From Candidatus Rokuibacteriota bacterium (GTDB lineage Bacteria > Methylomirabilota > Methylomirabilia > Rokubacteriales > DASRDR01): 52,350 nt of DNA. Location: the NCBI GenBank assembly GCA_044866005.1, contig JBIOTN010000136.1, positions 1-52,350 of the forward strand. The letters run 5' to 3'. The notes beneath the pieces are model-generated. The model saw nothing but the letters and a program-made list of their open reading frames with translations, made no database searches and was not told the DNA's origin. The position numbers were made by a program, and so were the translations under genes. Shown piece after piece: positions 1-9,124 of the stretch (position 1 is its first letter; every line of letters starts with the position of its first letter).

Positions 1-37
1 CGCCCCCCTTTGAGGAGCTAGGGCCCGGGTCGCACGC

Positions 38-1084
38 GTGCTCGCGGTCGTCAAGGACCCCACGAAGCGCGGCGTGATCCTGGAGGACGTCCCCGTGCCC
101 CGGGTCGGCCCCTGGGAGGTGCTGGTCCGGGTCCGCGCCGTCGGCATCTGCGGGAGCGACCAGCGGATCTACGCGGAGGTCAATCCCGCGCGGCGACGCC
201 GGTTCATCATCGGGCACGAGATCGCCGGAGAGGTCATCGGGGTCGGGGAGCGAGTGACCGAGGTCCTGCTCGGCAGTCGCGTGGGGATCGAGATCTGCAT
301 CGGCTGCGCGATCTGTCGCTACTGCAAGGTGGGGCGTGTCAACCTCTGCGAGAAGCTGGAGGAGCTCGGCGTGACGGTGGACGGGGGCATGACCGAGTTC
401 GTCGCGGTGCCGGCCCGCAACGTCCATCCGCTGCCGCCCGGGCTCTCCTTCGAGAAGGCGGTGCTGGCGGATCCGCTGGCCTGCGTGATCCGGGGGCTCG
501 AGATGATGCCGGTGACCTCCGGGGCCTGGGTCACGGTCCTGGGGCCCGGGCAGATGGGCCTGCTCGCCACGCAGGTGATCCGGCGGATCCTCCGCGGGCG
601 CGTCGTCGTCGTCGGGACGCGCGCCGACCGCCTTGCGCTCGCCCGGGCGATGGGCGCGGAAGAGACGGTGGACATCGGTCAGACGGACCCGGTCGGGGCG
701 GTGCGGGAGCTGACCGACGGCGGCGCGGAGTTCGTCTACGAGGCGGCCGGCACCGCCCAGGCCCTCGACCAGGGGATCGCCATGGCGCGCAAGGGCGGCA
801 CGGTGGTCATGCTCACCGTGCACCGGGAGGTCCAGCTCGACCTGGAGCCGGCGGTCCGAGGGGAGCTCCACCTCGTCGGGGCCATCTGCTATTCCTACCG
901 GGAGTACGAGCGCGCGCTGGGGCTCCTCGCCGAGAACCGGATCGCCGTGGAGCCCCTCCTGGCGCACACCTTTCCGCTCCACCAGGCGCAGGAGGCGTTC
1001 GACTTCGTCCTCTCGCGGCAGGGGATCAAGGCGATCCTGCTCGCGCAAGGGGAGTCGCCGGCTTGGCAGGGAGGCCGCCCGTGA
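38..1084 (+). CDS. Zn-dependent medium-chain alcohol dehydrogenase (threonine/sorbitol dehydrogenase-like)
   Basis: GICGSD and GHE catalytic-Zn motifs, CxxCxxC...C structural-Zn cluster (CAICRYC...C), Rossmann VLGPGQMG; GAGGAG upstream of GTG. Confidence 0.9.
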   Translation: MLAVVKDPTKRGVILEDVPVPRVGPWEVLVRVRAVGICGSDQRIYAEVNPARRRRFIIGHEIAGEVIGVGERVTEVLLGSRVGIEICIGCAICRYCKVGRVNLCEKLEELGVTVDGGMTEFVAVPARNVHPLPPGLSFEKAVLADPLACVIRGLEMMPVTSGAWVTVLGPGQMGLLATQVIRRILRGRVVVVGTRADRLALARAMGAEETVDIGQTDPVGAVRELTDGGAEFVYEAAGTAQALDQGIAMARKGGTVVMLTVHREVQLDLEPAVRGELHLVGAICYSYREYERALGLLAENRIAVEPLLAHTFPLHQAQEAFDFVLSRQGIKAILLAQGESPAWQGGRP

Positions 1085-2442
1085 CCGATCTCCGCCGAGC
1101 CGACCTGGCCCACGTGGTGCACCCCTTCGCGCTCCTCCGGACGATCCCCGAGGAAGGCCCCCGGATCATCGAGCGCGGCGACGGCGTCTTCGTCTGGGAC
1201 GCGGCGGGCCGCGAGTACATCGACGGCCTGGCCGGGCTCTGGTGCGTCAACGTGGGCCACGGCCGGAAGGAGATCGCCGACGCGGTCGGCGAGCAGATGG
1301 CGCGCCTGGCGTACGCTCCGACCTTCTTCGGGTATTCCAATCGGCCCGCCATCGAGCTCGCCGAGCGGCTCACCACCCGCACGCCTCCCGGCCTCACGCG
1401 GGTGCTCTTCACCAACGGCGGCTCGGAATCGAACGAGACCAACATCAAGATCGCGCGATACTACTGGAAGCTGAACGGCCGACCCGAGAAGGTCAAGGTG
1501 ATCTCCCGGCGCGGCGCCTACCATGGCGTCTCGCTCGGCGCGCTGTCGGCGACGGGCATCCCGCGGTTCTGGACGATGTTCGAGCCGCTCGTCCCGGGCT
1601 TCAGCCACATCATGCCGCCCTACTGCTACCGCTGCGAGCTCGGCAAGACCTACCCGGAGTGCGGGCTGGCGTGCGCCGGTGAGCTCGAAGCGGCGATCCG
1701 GCGCGAGGGCCCGGACACCGTGGCGGCCTTCATCGCCGAGCCGGTGCTGGGCGGGGGCGGCGTGGTGGTCCCGCCGCCCGGGTACCTGCGGGACGTGCAG
1801 GCGATCTGCCGGCGGCACGACGTGCTGCTGATCGTGGACGAGGTGATCACCGGCTTCGGCCGGACCGGGCGGTTCTTCGCCTGCGACCACTGGGGGATCG
1901 AGCCGGACCTCCTCTCGCTGGCCAAGGGGATCACGAGCGCGTACCTGCCCATGGGCGCGGCCGTCGTGCACGAGCGGATCTATCGGGACCTGGAGCGGAA
2001 AGGTCCGGCCGACCTGCCGTTCCTCCACGGCTTCACGTCCGGCGGGCATCCCGTGGCCGCCGCGGCGGCGTTGCGGAATCTCGAGATCCTGGAGCGCGAG
2101 CGGCTGGCCGACAACGCGGCCGACGTGGGGGCGCACCTCAAGGCGCGGCTCGAGGCCCTGCGCGACCTCCCGGTCGTCGGCGACGTGCGCGGGCTCGGGC
2201 TCATGCTGGGAGTCGAGCTCGTCCGCCGGCGGGACGGCGCGGGACGGGCGGAGGCCGACCCGGTGCTCGGCGCGCGCGTCGCCCGCCTGGCGTACGAGGC
2301 GGGCCTCATCCTCCGGTCCCTGGCCGGGACCATCGCGCTGGCCCCGCCGCTCGTGCTCAGCCGCGCGCAGGCCGACGAGATCGCCCGCCTGCTGCGCCAG
2401 GCGATCGAGCGGGCGGCGTCCGAGCCCGGCGGCGAGAGCTGA
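1081..2442 (+). CDS. Class III PLP-dependent aminotransferase (omega-amino acid/polyamine type)
   Basis: DGLAGLWCVNVGHG, GGSESNE, YHG, FIAEPV, DEVITGFGRTG and LAKG (PLP lysine); GTG start overlaps the upstream stop (GTGA) with GGAGG upstream. Confidence 0.92.
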   Translation: MTDLRRADLAHVVHPFALLRTIPEEGPRIIERGDGVFVWDAAGREYIDGLAGLWCVNVGHGRKEIADAVGEQMARLAYAPTFFGYSNRPAIELAERLTTRTPPGLTRVLFTNGGSESNETNIKIARYYWKLNGRPEKVKVISRRGAYHGVSLGALSATGIPRFWTMFEPLVPGFSHIMPPYCYRCELGKTYPECGLACAGELEAAIRREGPDTVAAFIAEPVLGGGGVVVPPPGYLRDVQAICRRHDVLLIVDEVITGFGRTGRFFACDHWGIEPDLLSLAKGITSAYLPMGAAVVHERIYRDLERKGPADLPFLHGFTSGGHPVAAAAALRNLEILERERLADNAADVGAHLKARLEALRDLPVVGDVRGLGLMLGVELVRRRDGAGRAEADPVLGARVARLAYEAGLILRSLAGTIALAPPLVLSRAQADEIARLLRQAIERAASEPGGES

Positions 2443-2470
2443 GTTCGCACCACCTACCCAGGAGGCACGA

Positions 2471-2701
2471 ATGGTCGCGGGCGTGTTGATCCGCTGCGAG
2501 CCCCAGAAGGAATCCGAGGTCCTCGACGCCCTCCGCAAGCTGGAGGGCCTGTCCTACGTCTACACCCTCTTCGGACGCTACGACATGGTCGCGCTGGTCC
2601 GCGCGCTCGACCTGCACGCGGCGTCCGAGGTGGTCGGCCGCATCCGGGCCATCGACGGCGTGGCCTCCACGGAGACGCTGGTCGTCCGTCCCACTCAGTG
2701 A
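2471..2701 (+). CDS. Stand-alone Lrp/AsnC ligand-binding (RAM) domain protein
   Basis: 76 aa, LFGRYDMV and IRAIDGVASTETLV pattern, no HTH; AGGAGG RBS. Confidence 0.85.
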   Translation: MVAGVLIRCEPQKESEVLDALRKLEGLSYVYTLFGRYDMVALVRALDLHAASEVVGRIRAIDGVASTETLVVRPTQ

Positions 2702-2730
2702 CCCGACCTCGATCGGGAGGAGGTTTTCCC

Positions 2731-4341
2731 ATGCGCTGGTTGCGATTCGCTCGCTCGTGCAGGCGGCCTCTCCGCCTGGCCGCCGTGGCCCTCACGGTCC
2801 TCGGCGTTGCGGGATTTTGGCCCGAGACTGTCCGCGGTCAGAGCCGCGAGGAGACGCTCGTTATCGCGCGCGACATCGACGATGTCGTGACCAACGATCC
2901 GAGCCGGACGTTCGAGTGGACGTCCCAGATCCCGACCCACGCCGCCTATGACACCCTCCTCAGTATCGAGCCCCCCGACATCGCGCAAATCAGGCCCAAA
3001 CTCGCCACCAAGTGGGAGATTTCCCCCGACGGCACCACGTACACCTTCCAGCTCCGCCCTGGGGTGAAGTTCTCCTCCGGGAATCCGCTGACAGCCCACG
3101 ACGTCAAATTCTCGCTCCTGCGGCTCAAGAACATGAAGGACAACCCGTCCTTCCTGGTCGGCGACATCAAGGAGATCGTGGTGGTGAACGACACCACGGT
3201 AAAGATCGTCCTCACGGCGCCTAACGCCTCGTTCCTCGGGATCCTGGCGGGCGGTGTCACGACGGGCGTGATCGACTCGAAGACGGTCAAGGCCCACGGG
3301 GGGACCGACGCGGAGGACGCGAAGGACGTGGACAAGGCGACGGAGTGGCTCAACCAGAACTCGGCGGGATCGGGTCCCTACGTCCTCAAGGGGTGGACGA
3401 AAAACGTCGAGTTGGGGATGGAGCGGAATCCGCACTACTGGGGGCCGCGCCCCAAGTTCGCCCGTATCGTCTTCCGCCACGTGAAGAGCGGCTCCACCCA
3501 GCGAGAAATGCTGGAGCGGGGAGACGTGGACGTCGCCATGGACTTCGACCCGGACCTGGCCGCGAAGGTGAAGGGCAGCCCGAAGATCAAGATCGTCGAG
3601 GGCCTGACCTCGAATCAGATCTATCTGGGGCTGAACGTGGGCAAGGAGATCTCCAAGGAGCTCGCGGACAAGCGGGTGCGCCAGGCGATCGCCTACGCCA
3701 TCGACTATGACGGGATCATCCAGGGGCTCATGCGGGGGGCCGCCGACCGTCCGCCCGGGATGATCCCGCTCGGGCTCCTCGGGGTGGACAAAGCGATGAA
3801 CCGCAAGCAGGACGTCAACAAGGCGAAGGCCTTGCTGAAGGAGGCGGGCTACCCGAACGGATTCGCGGTCAGATTCACGTACTACGAGGGGCTCCTCGGG
3901 ACGCCGGCCGAGGCGATTGCGGCCAAGATCCAGAGCGACCTGGCCGCCGTCGGCATCCGGGCGACGCTGGATCGCAAGGAGCGCACGGTGGCGTGGTCGG
4001 AGTACCGGGCCTCGAAGTCGGTCATGATCCTGAGCGGCTGGAGCCCCGATTACCTGGATCCCGACCCGTACGCGGATGCCTACTACAAGGCAGGGGGCGT
4101 GGTCCCCAAGCGCGTGAACTGGGAGAACAGCCGCGCGACCGAGCTGACCCTCATGGCCCGGAAGGAGCAGGACCCGAAGAAACGGGCGGCCCTCTACCGG
4201 GACATCCAGCAGATCGGCCTGGACGAGGTCCCGCACATCATGCTGCTCCAGCCGAAGAACTTCGTGGGGGTGAACCCGGCCATCAAGGGGTACGCGATCC
4301 ACCCGATCTGGTTCGTCGGGCTGGAGCACCTGAGCCGCTGA
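2731..4341 (+). CDS. ABC transporter substrate-binding protein, dipeptide/oligopeptide (family 5)
   Basis: Signal peptide; LATKWEISPDGTTYTFQLRPGVKFSSG, GSGPY, VRQAIAYAID; GGAGGAGG before ATG 2731. Confidence 0.92.
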   Translation: MRWLRFARSCRRPLRLAAVALTVLGVAGFWPETVRGQSREETLVIARDIDDVVTNDPSRTFEWTSQIPTHAAYDTLLSIEPPDIAQIRPKLATKWEISPDGTTYTFQLRPGVKFSSGNPLTAHDVKFSLLRLKNMKDNPSFLVGDIKEIVVVNDTTVKIVLTAPNASFLGILAGGVTTGVIDSKTVKAHGGTDAEDAKDVDKATEWLNQNSAGSGPYVLKGWTKNVELGMERNPHYWGPRPKFARIVFRHVKSGSTQREMLERGDVDVAMDFDPDLAAKVKGSPKIKIVEGLTSNQIYLGLNVGKEISKELADKRVRQAIAYAIDYDGIIQGLMRGAADRPPGMIPLGLLGVDKAMNRKQDVNKAKALLKEAGYPNGFAVRFTYYEGLLGTPAEAIAAKIQSDLAAVGIRATLDRKERTVAWSEYRASKSVMILSGWSPDYLDPDPYADAYYKAGGVVPKRVNWENSRATELTLMARKEQDPKKRAALYRDIQQIGLDEVPHIMLLQPKNFVGVNPAIKGYAIHPIWFVGLEHLSR

Positions 4342-4425
4342 CCTACGCGCGCGTCTGATCGCTGACGGGCGGCGCGCCTCGGGCTTGCGGAGCCGGGGCG
4401 GCGCCGCCCGAGGTGTCCCGATCCC

Positions 4426-5445
4426 ATGCACTTCTTTCGCTATCTGGGCCGGCGCCTGGCCCTGGCCGGTGTCAGCCTCTTCGGGATCGTCCTGGTGGCG
4501 TTCCTGGTCGCTCACATGGTGCCTGCCGACCCGCTGGCGATAGTGCTGAGCGATCAGGCCACCAAGGACCCGAGCATCCGGGCCGCCTATGTGAAGCGCT
4601 GGGGACTGGACCGGTCCCTGCCCGAGCAGTTCTTCCAGTACGTCCTGAATGTCTTCCGGGGTGACCTCGGGGAATCCTTCACGACCCGTCGGCCCGTCCT
4701 GCGCGACCTGGCCCAGCACCTGCCGGCCACCATCGAGCTCTCGCTGGCGGCGCTGGCTTTCAGTGTGCTGGTCGGGGTCCCCCTCGGCATCTGCGCCGCC
4801 GTCCGACACAACCGTGCCCCGGACCACGCAGCCCGCGTGGTCTCGCTGGCCGGGGCCGCGTCCCCGATCTTCTGGACGGGTCTCCTCGCCCTCTACCTCT
4901 TCTACTACCGGCTGGACTGGTTTCCGGGCCCCGGGCGGCTGGACCCGTACCTTCAGTATCCGCCTCCCCACACGGGGTTCATCTTGCTGGACAGCCTCCT
5001 GGCCGGGAACCCAGAGACGTTCCGGTCGGGACTGCGGCACCTTCTGCTCCCCGCGATGGTGCTCGGCTGGTTCATCATGGGCATCATCGCCCGCACGACC
5101 CGAGCCGCGCTCCTCGAGGTCCTCTCGGCCGACTACGTGCGCACCGCGCGGTCGAAAGGGCTCGGCGAACGGACCGTGGTGGGATGGCACGCCCTGCGCA
5201 ACGCCCTGATCCCGGTCGTCACGGTCACCGGCCTCGCATTCGCGAGCGTGATGTCCGGCGCCGTCCTCACCGAGACCGTCTTCGCCTGGCCCGGGATCGG
5301 CCGGTACGCGGTGACGGCCTCGACCAACCTGGACTACCCGGCCATCCTGGGCGTGACGATCCTCACGGCGGTCATCTACATCACCGTGAACTTGGTCGTG
5401 GATGTGCTGTACGGAGTCCTCGACCCACGGATCCGAGTCCGCTGA
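4426..5445 (+). CDS. ABC transporter permease (DppB/OppB-like)
   Basis: GDLGES, EAA-loop YVRTARSKGL, HALRNAL, ETVFAWPGIG. Confidence 0.93.
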   Translation: MHFFRYLGRRLALAGVSLFGIVLVAFLVAHMVPADPLAIVLSDQATKDPSIRAAYVKRWGLDRSLPEQFFQYVLNVFRGDLGESFTTRRPVLRDLAQHLPATIELSLAALAFSVLVGVPLGICAAVRHNRAPDHAARVVSLAGAASPIFWTGLLALYLFYYRLDWFPGPGRLDPYLQYPPPHTGFILLDSLLAGNPETFRSGLRHLLLPAMVLGWFIMGIIARTTRAALLEVLSADYVRTARSKGLGERTVVGWHALRNALIPVVTVTGLAFASVMSGAVLTETVFAWPGIGRYAVTASTNLDYPAILGVTILTAVIYITVNLVVDVLYGVLDPRIRVR

Positions 5446-6362
5446 TGCCGGTCGGCGTGCACTCGGTCGCGCGCGCCACCCCGGTCGGGCTCCCGCTCGC
5501 GGTCGCGTCCCGGCGGCGTCGGCGGGGGAACCAGGCCCTGATCATCGGGGCGCTCATCGTGGGGACCTGGGCCGTGGTCGCGGTATCGGCCCCCGTCCTG
5601 GCCCCTCGGCAGCCCCTCGCGCTCGACGTGATGCAGCGCCTGCAGTCGCCGAGTTGGAGCCAGCCCTTCGGCACCGATGAGGTCGGGCGCGACATCCTGA
5701 GCCGCATCCTCCACGGGGCTCGGATCACCATCCCCACGGCGCTGGGGGTCATCATGATCGCGGGCGCGGTCGGCTGCGCGGTCGGGGCGGTGGCCGGCTA
5801 CGCGGGCGGGCGCGTGGACGAGCTGCTGATGCGGATCGTGGACGTGGTCCTGGCCTTCCCGCCGATCGTGCTCGCCATGGCGATCACCGCCGCGCTGGGG
5901 CCGGGGCTCCAGCACGCCATGCTCGCGATCATCCTCGTCTGGTGGCCCGAGTTCAGCCGCCTCATGCGGGGGCAAGTCCTGGCGGTCAAGGAGAACGAGT
6001 ACGTCATGGCGGCGCGCGCCCTCGGAGTGCCGTGGTACCGGATCCTGGTCGGCCACGTGTTCCCCAACGCGTTCCCTCCCATCGTGGTGAAGGGGACGCT
6101 CGACATCGGCAACGCCATCATCCTGACCGCGGCGCTCTCCTTCATCGGGCTCGGCGCCATTCCGCCCGCCCCCGAGTGGGGGGCGATGATCGCGGCCGGC
6201 CAGGCCAAGTTCGAGTACTGGTGGGTCGCCACGTTCCCGGGGCTCGCGATCCTCTCCGTCGTCCTGGGCCTGAACTTCCTCGGGGACGGTCTCCAGGACC
6301 TGTTGAACCCGCGGCTGCGCCGACGGCGGGACGCCGTGCCCCGGGGCCCCGAGCCGGTCTGA
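5445..6362 (+). CDS. ABC transporter permease (DppC/OppC-like)
   Basis: PFGTDEVGRDILSR, EYVMAARALG, LSFIGLG...PEWGAMI, NFLGDGL; ATG overlaps upstream stop (TGATG). Confidence 0.92.
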   Translation: MPVGVHSVARATPVGLPLAVASRRRRRGNQALIIGALIVGTWAVVAVSAPVLAPRQPLALDVMQRLQSPSWSQPFGTDEVGRDILSRILHGARITIPTALGVIMIAGAVGCAVGAVAGYAGGRVDELLMRIVDVVLAFPPIVLAMAITAALGPGLQHAMLAIILVWWPEFSRLMRGQVLAVKENEYVMAARALGVPWYRILVGHVFPNAFPPIVVKGTLDIGNAIILTAALSFIGLGAIPPAPEWGAMIAAGQAKFEYWWVATFPGLAILSVVLGLNFLGDGLQDLLNPRLRRRRDAVPRGPEPV

Positions 6363-6395
6363 GCGGTCCGCCGGATCCCGGTGCGGCGCCGTTGC

Positions 6396-6425
6396 TTGCG
6401 CCCCGGGGGCCGCGCCATGTAGAGT
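6396..6425 (+). promoter_or_regulatory. Possible sigma70 promoter of the Rrf2-cysK operon
   Basis: TTGCGC-N18-TAGAGT, 16 nt before ATG 6442. Confidence 0.4.
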
Positions 6426-6441
6426 ACCTTCTTGACCGGGT

Positions 6442-6885
6442 ATGCGAATTTCGGCCAAAGGGGAGTACGCGATCCGCGCGATGCTCGACCTCGCCATGCA
6501 CCACGGCCAGGGGCTGGTCCCCATCCAGGACGTCGCCCGCCGTCAGAGCATCCCGCAACGCTACCTCGAGCAGGTCCTCCTCCTCCTCAAGCGAGCGGGC
6601 TTCCTGGGCTCCCGGCGGGGCTCCAGCGGGGGATACCGGCTGACGCGCCCGCCGGGCGAGATCTCCGTGGGCGAGGTGCTGCGCGCGATCGAGGGCGGGT
6701 TGACGCCGCTCGAGGTCGCCGGGCGAGAGTCGCGGCCCGCCCGCGAGGCCGGGCGGGACCTGGCGGAGCTCTGGGACGAGGTGGCGGAGGCCGTGGCGGC
6801 CGTGATCGACCGGACGACGTTCGGCGACCTCGCCGAGCGCGCCGCGACCCGCCGCTCGCGCAGCCGGCCGATGTACCACATCTAA
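6442..6885 (+). CDS. Rrf2-family regulator, CymR-like (no Fe-S cysteines)
   Basis: KGEYAIRAMLDLA, YLEQVL, SRRGSSGGYRL; zero Cys; C-terminal MYHI; directly upstream of cysK. Confidence 0.9.
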   Translation: MRISAKGEYAIRAMLDLAMHHGQGLVPIQDVARRQSIPQRYLEQVLLLLKRAGFLGSRRGSSGGYRLTRPPGEISVGEVLRAIEGGLTPLEVAGRESRPAREAGRDLAELWDEVAEAVAAVIDRTTFGDLAERAATRRSRSRPMYHI

Positions 6886-6887
6886 TC

Positions 6888-6996
6888 TTCTCCGGGGGCC
6901 TCGACGGCCCCCGGAGAATGCCCTCGCGGCCTGGGCCGCGGCCCTTTCGATCGATCGGCGGCCGGGACGATGTCCCGCCCGTGGCGGCGAGGGCAT
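6888..6996. repeat. Intergenic inverted repeats; first hairpin resembles the head of the REP-like family
   Basis: 13-bp stem TTCTCCGGGGGCC-TCGAC-GGCCCCCGGAGAA (6888-6918); ATGCCCTCGC (6918-6927) complementary to GCGAGGGCAT (6987-6996). Confidence 0.7.
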
Positions 6997-7024
6997 CGGG
7001 CCTGCCTCCTCCAAGGAGGTTTGA

Positions 7025-7987
7025 GTGGCGGGTGCTCCAAGAACCAGTGCGCGGGCGCGCGCGCGGGTCGCCGAGAGCGTGCTCGACCTCGTGGGCGGCA
7101 CGCCCCTGGTCCGGCTGCGCCGGCTCCCGAGACCCGGGGGCGCGACGATCCTCGCCAAGCTCGAATCCGCGAACCCGGGCGGGAGCGTCAAGGACCGGAT
7201 CGCGCTCGCCATGGTGGAGGATGCCGAGCGCCGCGGCCTCCTCAAGCCGGGCGCCACGCTGGTCGAGCCCACGAGCGGCAACACCGGGATCGGCCTCGCC
7301 ATGGTGGCGGCCGTCAAAGGGTACCGGCTCATCCTCACGATGCCGGAGGACATGAGCCTGGAGCGCCGGCGGCTCCTGGCGCGCTTCGGCGCCGAGATCC
7401 ACCTCACGCCGGCCGTCGAGGGCATGACCGGAGCCGTCCACGCGGCGCAGGAGCTCTGCCGCGCGCAGCCGGACTTCTTCATGCCCCAGCAGTTCCAGAA
7501 CCCCGCCAACCCCGAGGTCCACCGGCGGACGACGGCGCTCGAGATCCTCGAGGCGACCGGCGGCCGGCTCGACGCCTTCGTCGCGGGGGTCGGCACGGGC
7601 GGCACGATCACCGGCGTCGGCGAGGTGCTGCGCGAGAAGATCGGCGACGTGCGGATCGTCGCGGTCGAGCCGGCGCGCTCCCCGGTGCTCTCCGGCGGCA
7701 AGTTCGCGGTCCACGGGATCCAGGGGATCGGCGCCTCCTTCGTCCCGGGCGTCCTGAACCGCGCGGTCCTGGACGAGATCGTGGTGGTCGCGGACGAGGA
7801 CGCCGCGGCCACGGCGCTCGCCCTGACGCGCCAGGAAGGCCTGCTCGTGGGGATCTCCGCCGGGGCGAACGTGTGGGCGGCGCTCGGCGTGGCCGCGCGG
7901 CTCGGACCCGACCGGACCGTCGTCACGGTGCTCCCGGACACCGGCGAGCGCTACCTGAGCGTCAGCCTCGGCGAAGCGGACCGCTGA
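7025..7987 (+). CDS. cysK: Cysteine synthase A (O-acetylserine sulfhydrylase)
   Basis: KLESANPGGSVKDR, EPTSGNTGIGLA, QQFQNPANP, GVGTGGT, HGIQGIGA, PDTGERYLS; AAGGAGG RBS. Confidence 0.93.
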   Translation: MAGAPRTSARARARVAESVLDLVGGTPLVRLRRLPRPGGATILAKLESANPGGSVKDRIALAMVEDAERRGLLKPGATLVEPTSGNTGIGLAMVAAVKGYRLILTMPEDMSLERRRLLARFGAEIHLTPAVEGMTGAVHAAQELCRAQPDFFMPQQFQNPANPEVHRRTTALEILEATGGRLDAFVAGVGTGGTITGVGEVLREKIGDVRIVAVEPARSPVLSGGKFAVHGIQGIGASFVPGVLNRAVLDEIVVVADEDAAATALALTRQEGLLVGISAGANVWAALGVAARLGPDRTVVTVLPDTGERYLSVSLGEADR

Positions 7988-8005
7988 GGCGGGAGGTGAG
8001 CTGAC

Positions 8006-8290
8006 ATGGCGGTCACCGTGTACATCCCGACGCCCTTCCGGCGCGCGACCGTGAACCAGGCCCGCGTCGAGCTGGAGGCCTCGGACGTCAAGGCGTTGCT
8101 CGACGCGCTGGAGGGGCGGTTCGAGGGGCTGCGGGGCCTCGTGCGCAACGAGGCCGGGCAGGTGCACCACCACGTCAGCGTCTTCGTGAACGGGGAAGAG
8201 ATCGGCAGCCTGCAGGGCCAGGCGACCGTGCTCCGCCCGGGCGACGAGGTCTCGATCATCCCGGCCCTGGCGGGCGGAGCCGGCGCGTGA
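8006..8290 (+). CDS. MoaD/ThiS/CysO-family ubiquitin-like sulfur carrier with capped C-terminus (GG-AGA)
   Basis: VYIPTPFR, VFVNGEEI, LRPGDEVSIIPALAGG followed by AGA; GGAGG RBS. Confidence 0.9.
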   Translation: MAVTVYIPTPFRRATVNQARVELEASDVKALLDALEGRFEGLRGLVRNEAGQVHHHVSVFVNGEEIGSLQGQATVLRPGDEVSIIPALAGGAGA

Positions 8291-8748
8291 TCCTGACCGA
8301 CGCGGAGCTCAAGGCGATCCGCCAGCACGCCGAGGCCGAGTACCCGGCCGAGTGCTGCGGCGTCGTCCTGGTCGGCGGGGGCCGGCCGCCGGACCGCCAG
8401 CTCTACGTCTGCCGCAACATCCAGGACGCCAAGCACGCCGAGGACCCGGCACGGTTCCCACGGACGGCCCGGGAGGCGTACTACATGCACCCCGAGGACG
8501 TCCTCGAGTGGAGCCGCAAGACCGAGCACGGCTACGCCGTCCACGTCATCTACCACTCGCACGTGGACGTCGGCGCCTACTTCTCCCAGACGGACCGGCG
8601 GAACGCCGTGCTGGAGGGCGAGCCCCTCTATCGCGAGACGACGTACGTGGTCGTCCCGGTGGACGAGGGGCGGGCGGGCGAGCCGCGGGCGTTTCGCTGG
8701 GACGCCGACGCGCGCGACTTCGTCGAGGTGCCGTTCACCGCTCCCTAG
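8287..8748 (+). CDS. JAMM/MPN+ (M67, Mec-like) metallopeptidase
   Basis: YPAECCG (catalytic Glu) and HSH-x7-S-x2-D (YHSHVDVGAYFSQTD); GTGA overlap with the carrier gene. Confidence 0.9.
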   Translation: MILTDAELKAIRQHAEAEYPAECCGVVLVGGGRPPDRQLYVCRNIQDAKHAEDPARFPRTAREAYYMHPEDVLEWSRKTEHGYAVHVIYHSHVDVGAYFSQTDRRNAVLEGEPLYRETTYVVVPVDEGRAGEPRAFRWDADARDFVEVPFTAP

Positions 8749-8753
8749 GTCTC

Positions 8754-8815
8754 TCGGGGCCTCGGAAGGCCCCCGACGCCCCCCGCCGTGGCGGCGGCAA
8801 AATCCGCCGCTCGGA
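8754..8815 (+). repeat. REP-like double-hairpin repeat, copy A
   Basis: TCGGGGCCTCGGAAGGCCCCCGACGCCCCCCGCCGTGGCGGCGGCAAAATCCGCCGCTCGGA; aligns with reverse complement of 38344-38414. Confidence 0.7.
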
Positions 8816-8870
8816 GGCTCCGCCAGCGGCCCGACGAGCGGTCTCGAGGTTTCGCGTACGCCCAACCCGG

Positions 8871-8899
8871 TTGACGGCGTGGGAGGGCGCTGTTATCAT
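8871..8899 (+). promoter_or_regulatory. sigma70-type promoter of the act cluster
   Basis: TTGACG-N17-TATCAT with extended -10 TG at 8891-8892. Confidence 0.7.
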
Positions 8900-9124
8900 C
8901 GCCCAGGCGTCGGACGTGACGCGTCGCCCACCCCGCCGCACCTGCCCAGGTTGCGGCCGTTTTCTTGAGTCGAGGACGAGCTTCGGGAGCCACTGGATGC
9001 CGCTCCGCATAAGGCTGTGGCTCGTGGGGACGACTGCCCAGGCCACTCCCGACGGTCCGCCTCGTTCCCTTCGGATCGCCGCCCGCCTCTGCCCGGGTCC
9101 CCGGTGCGCCGTCGCCGAGACCGC

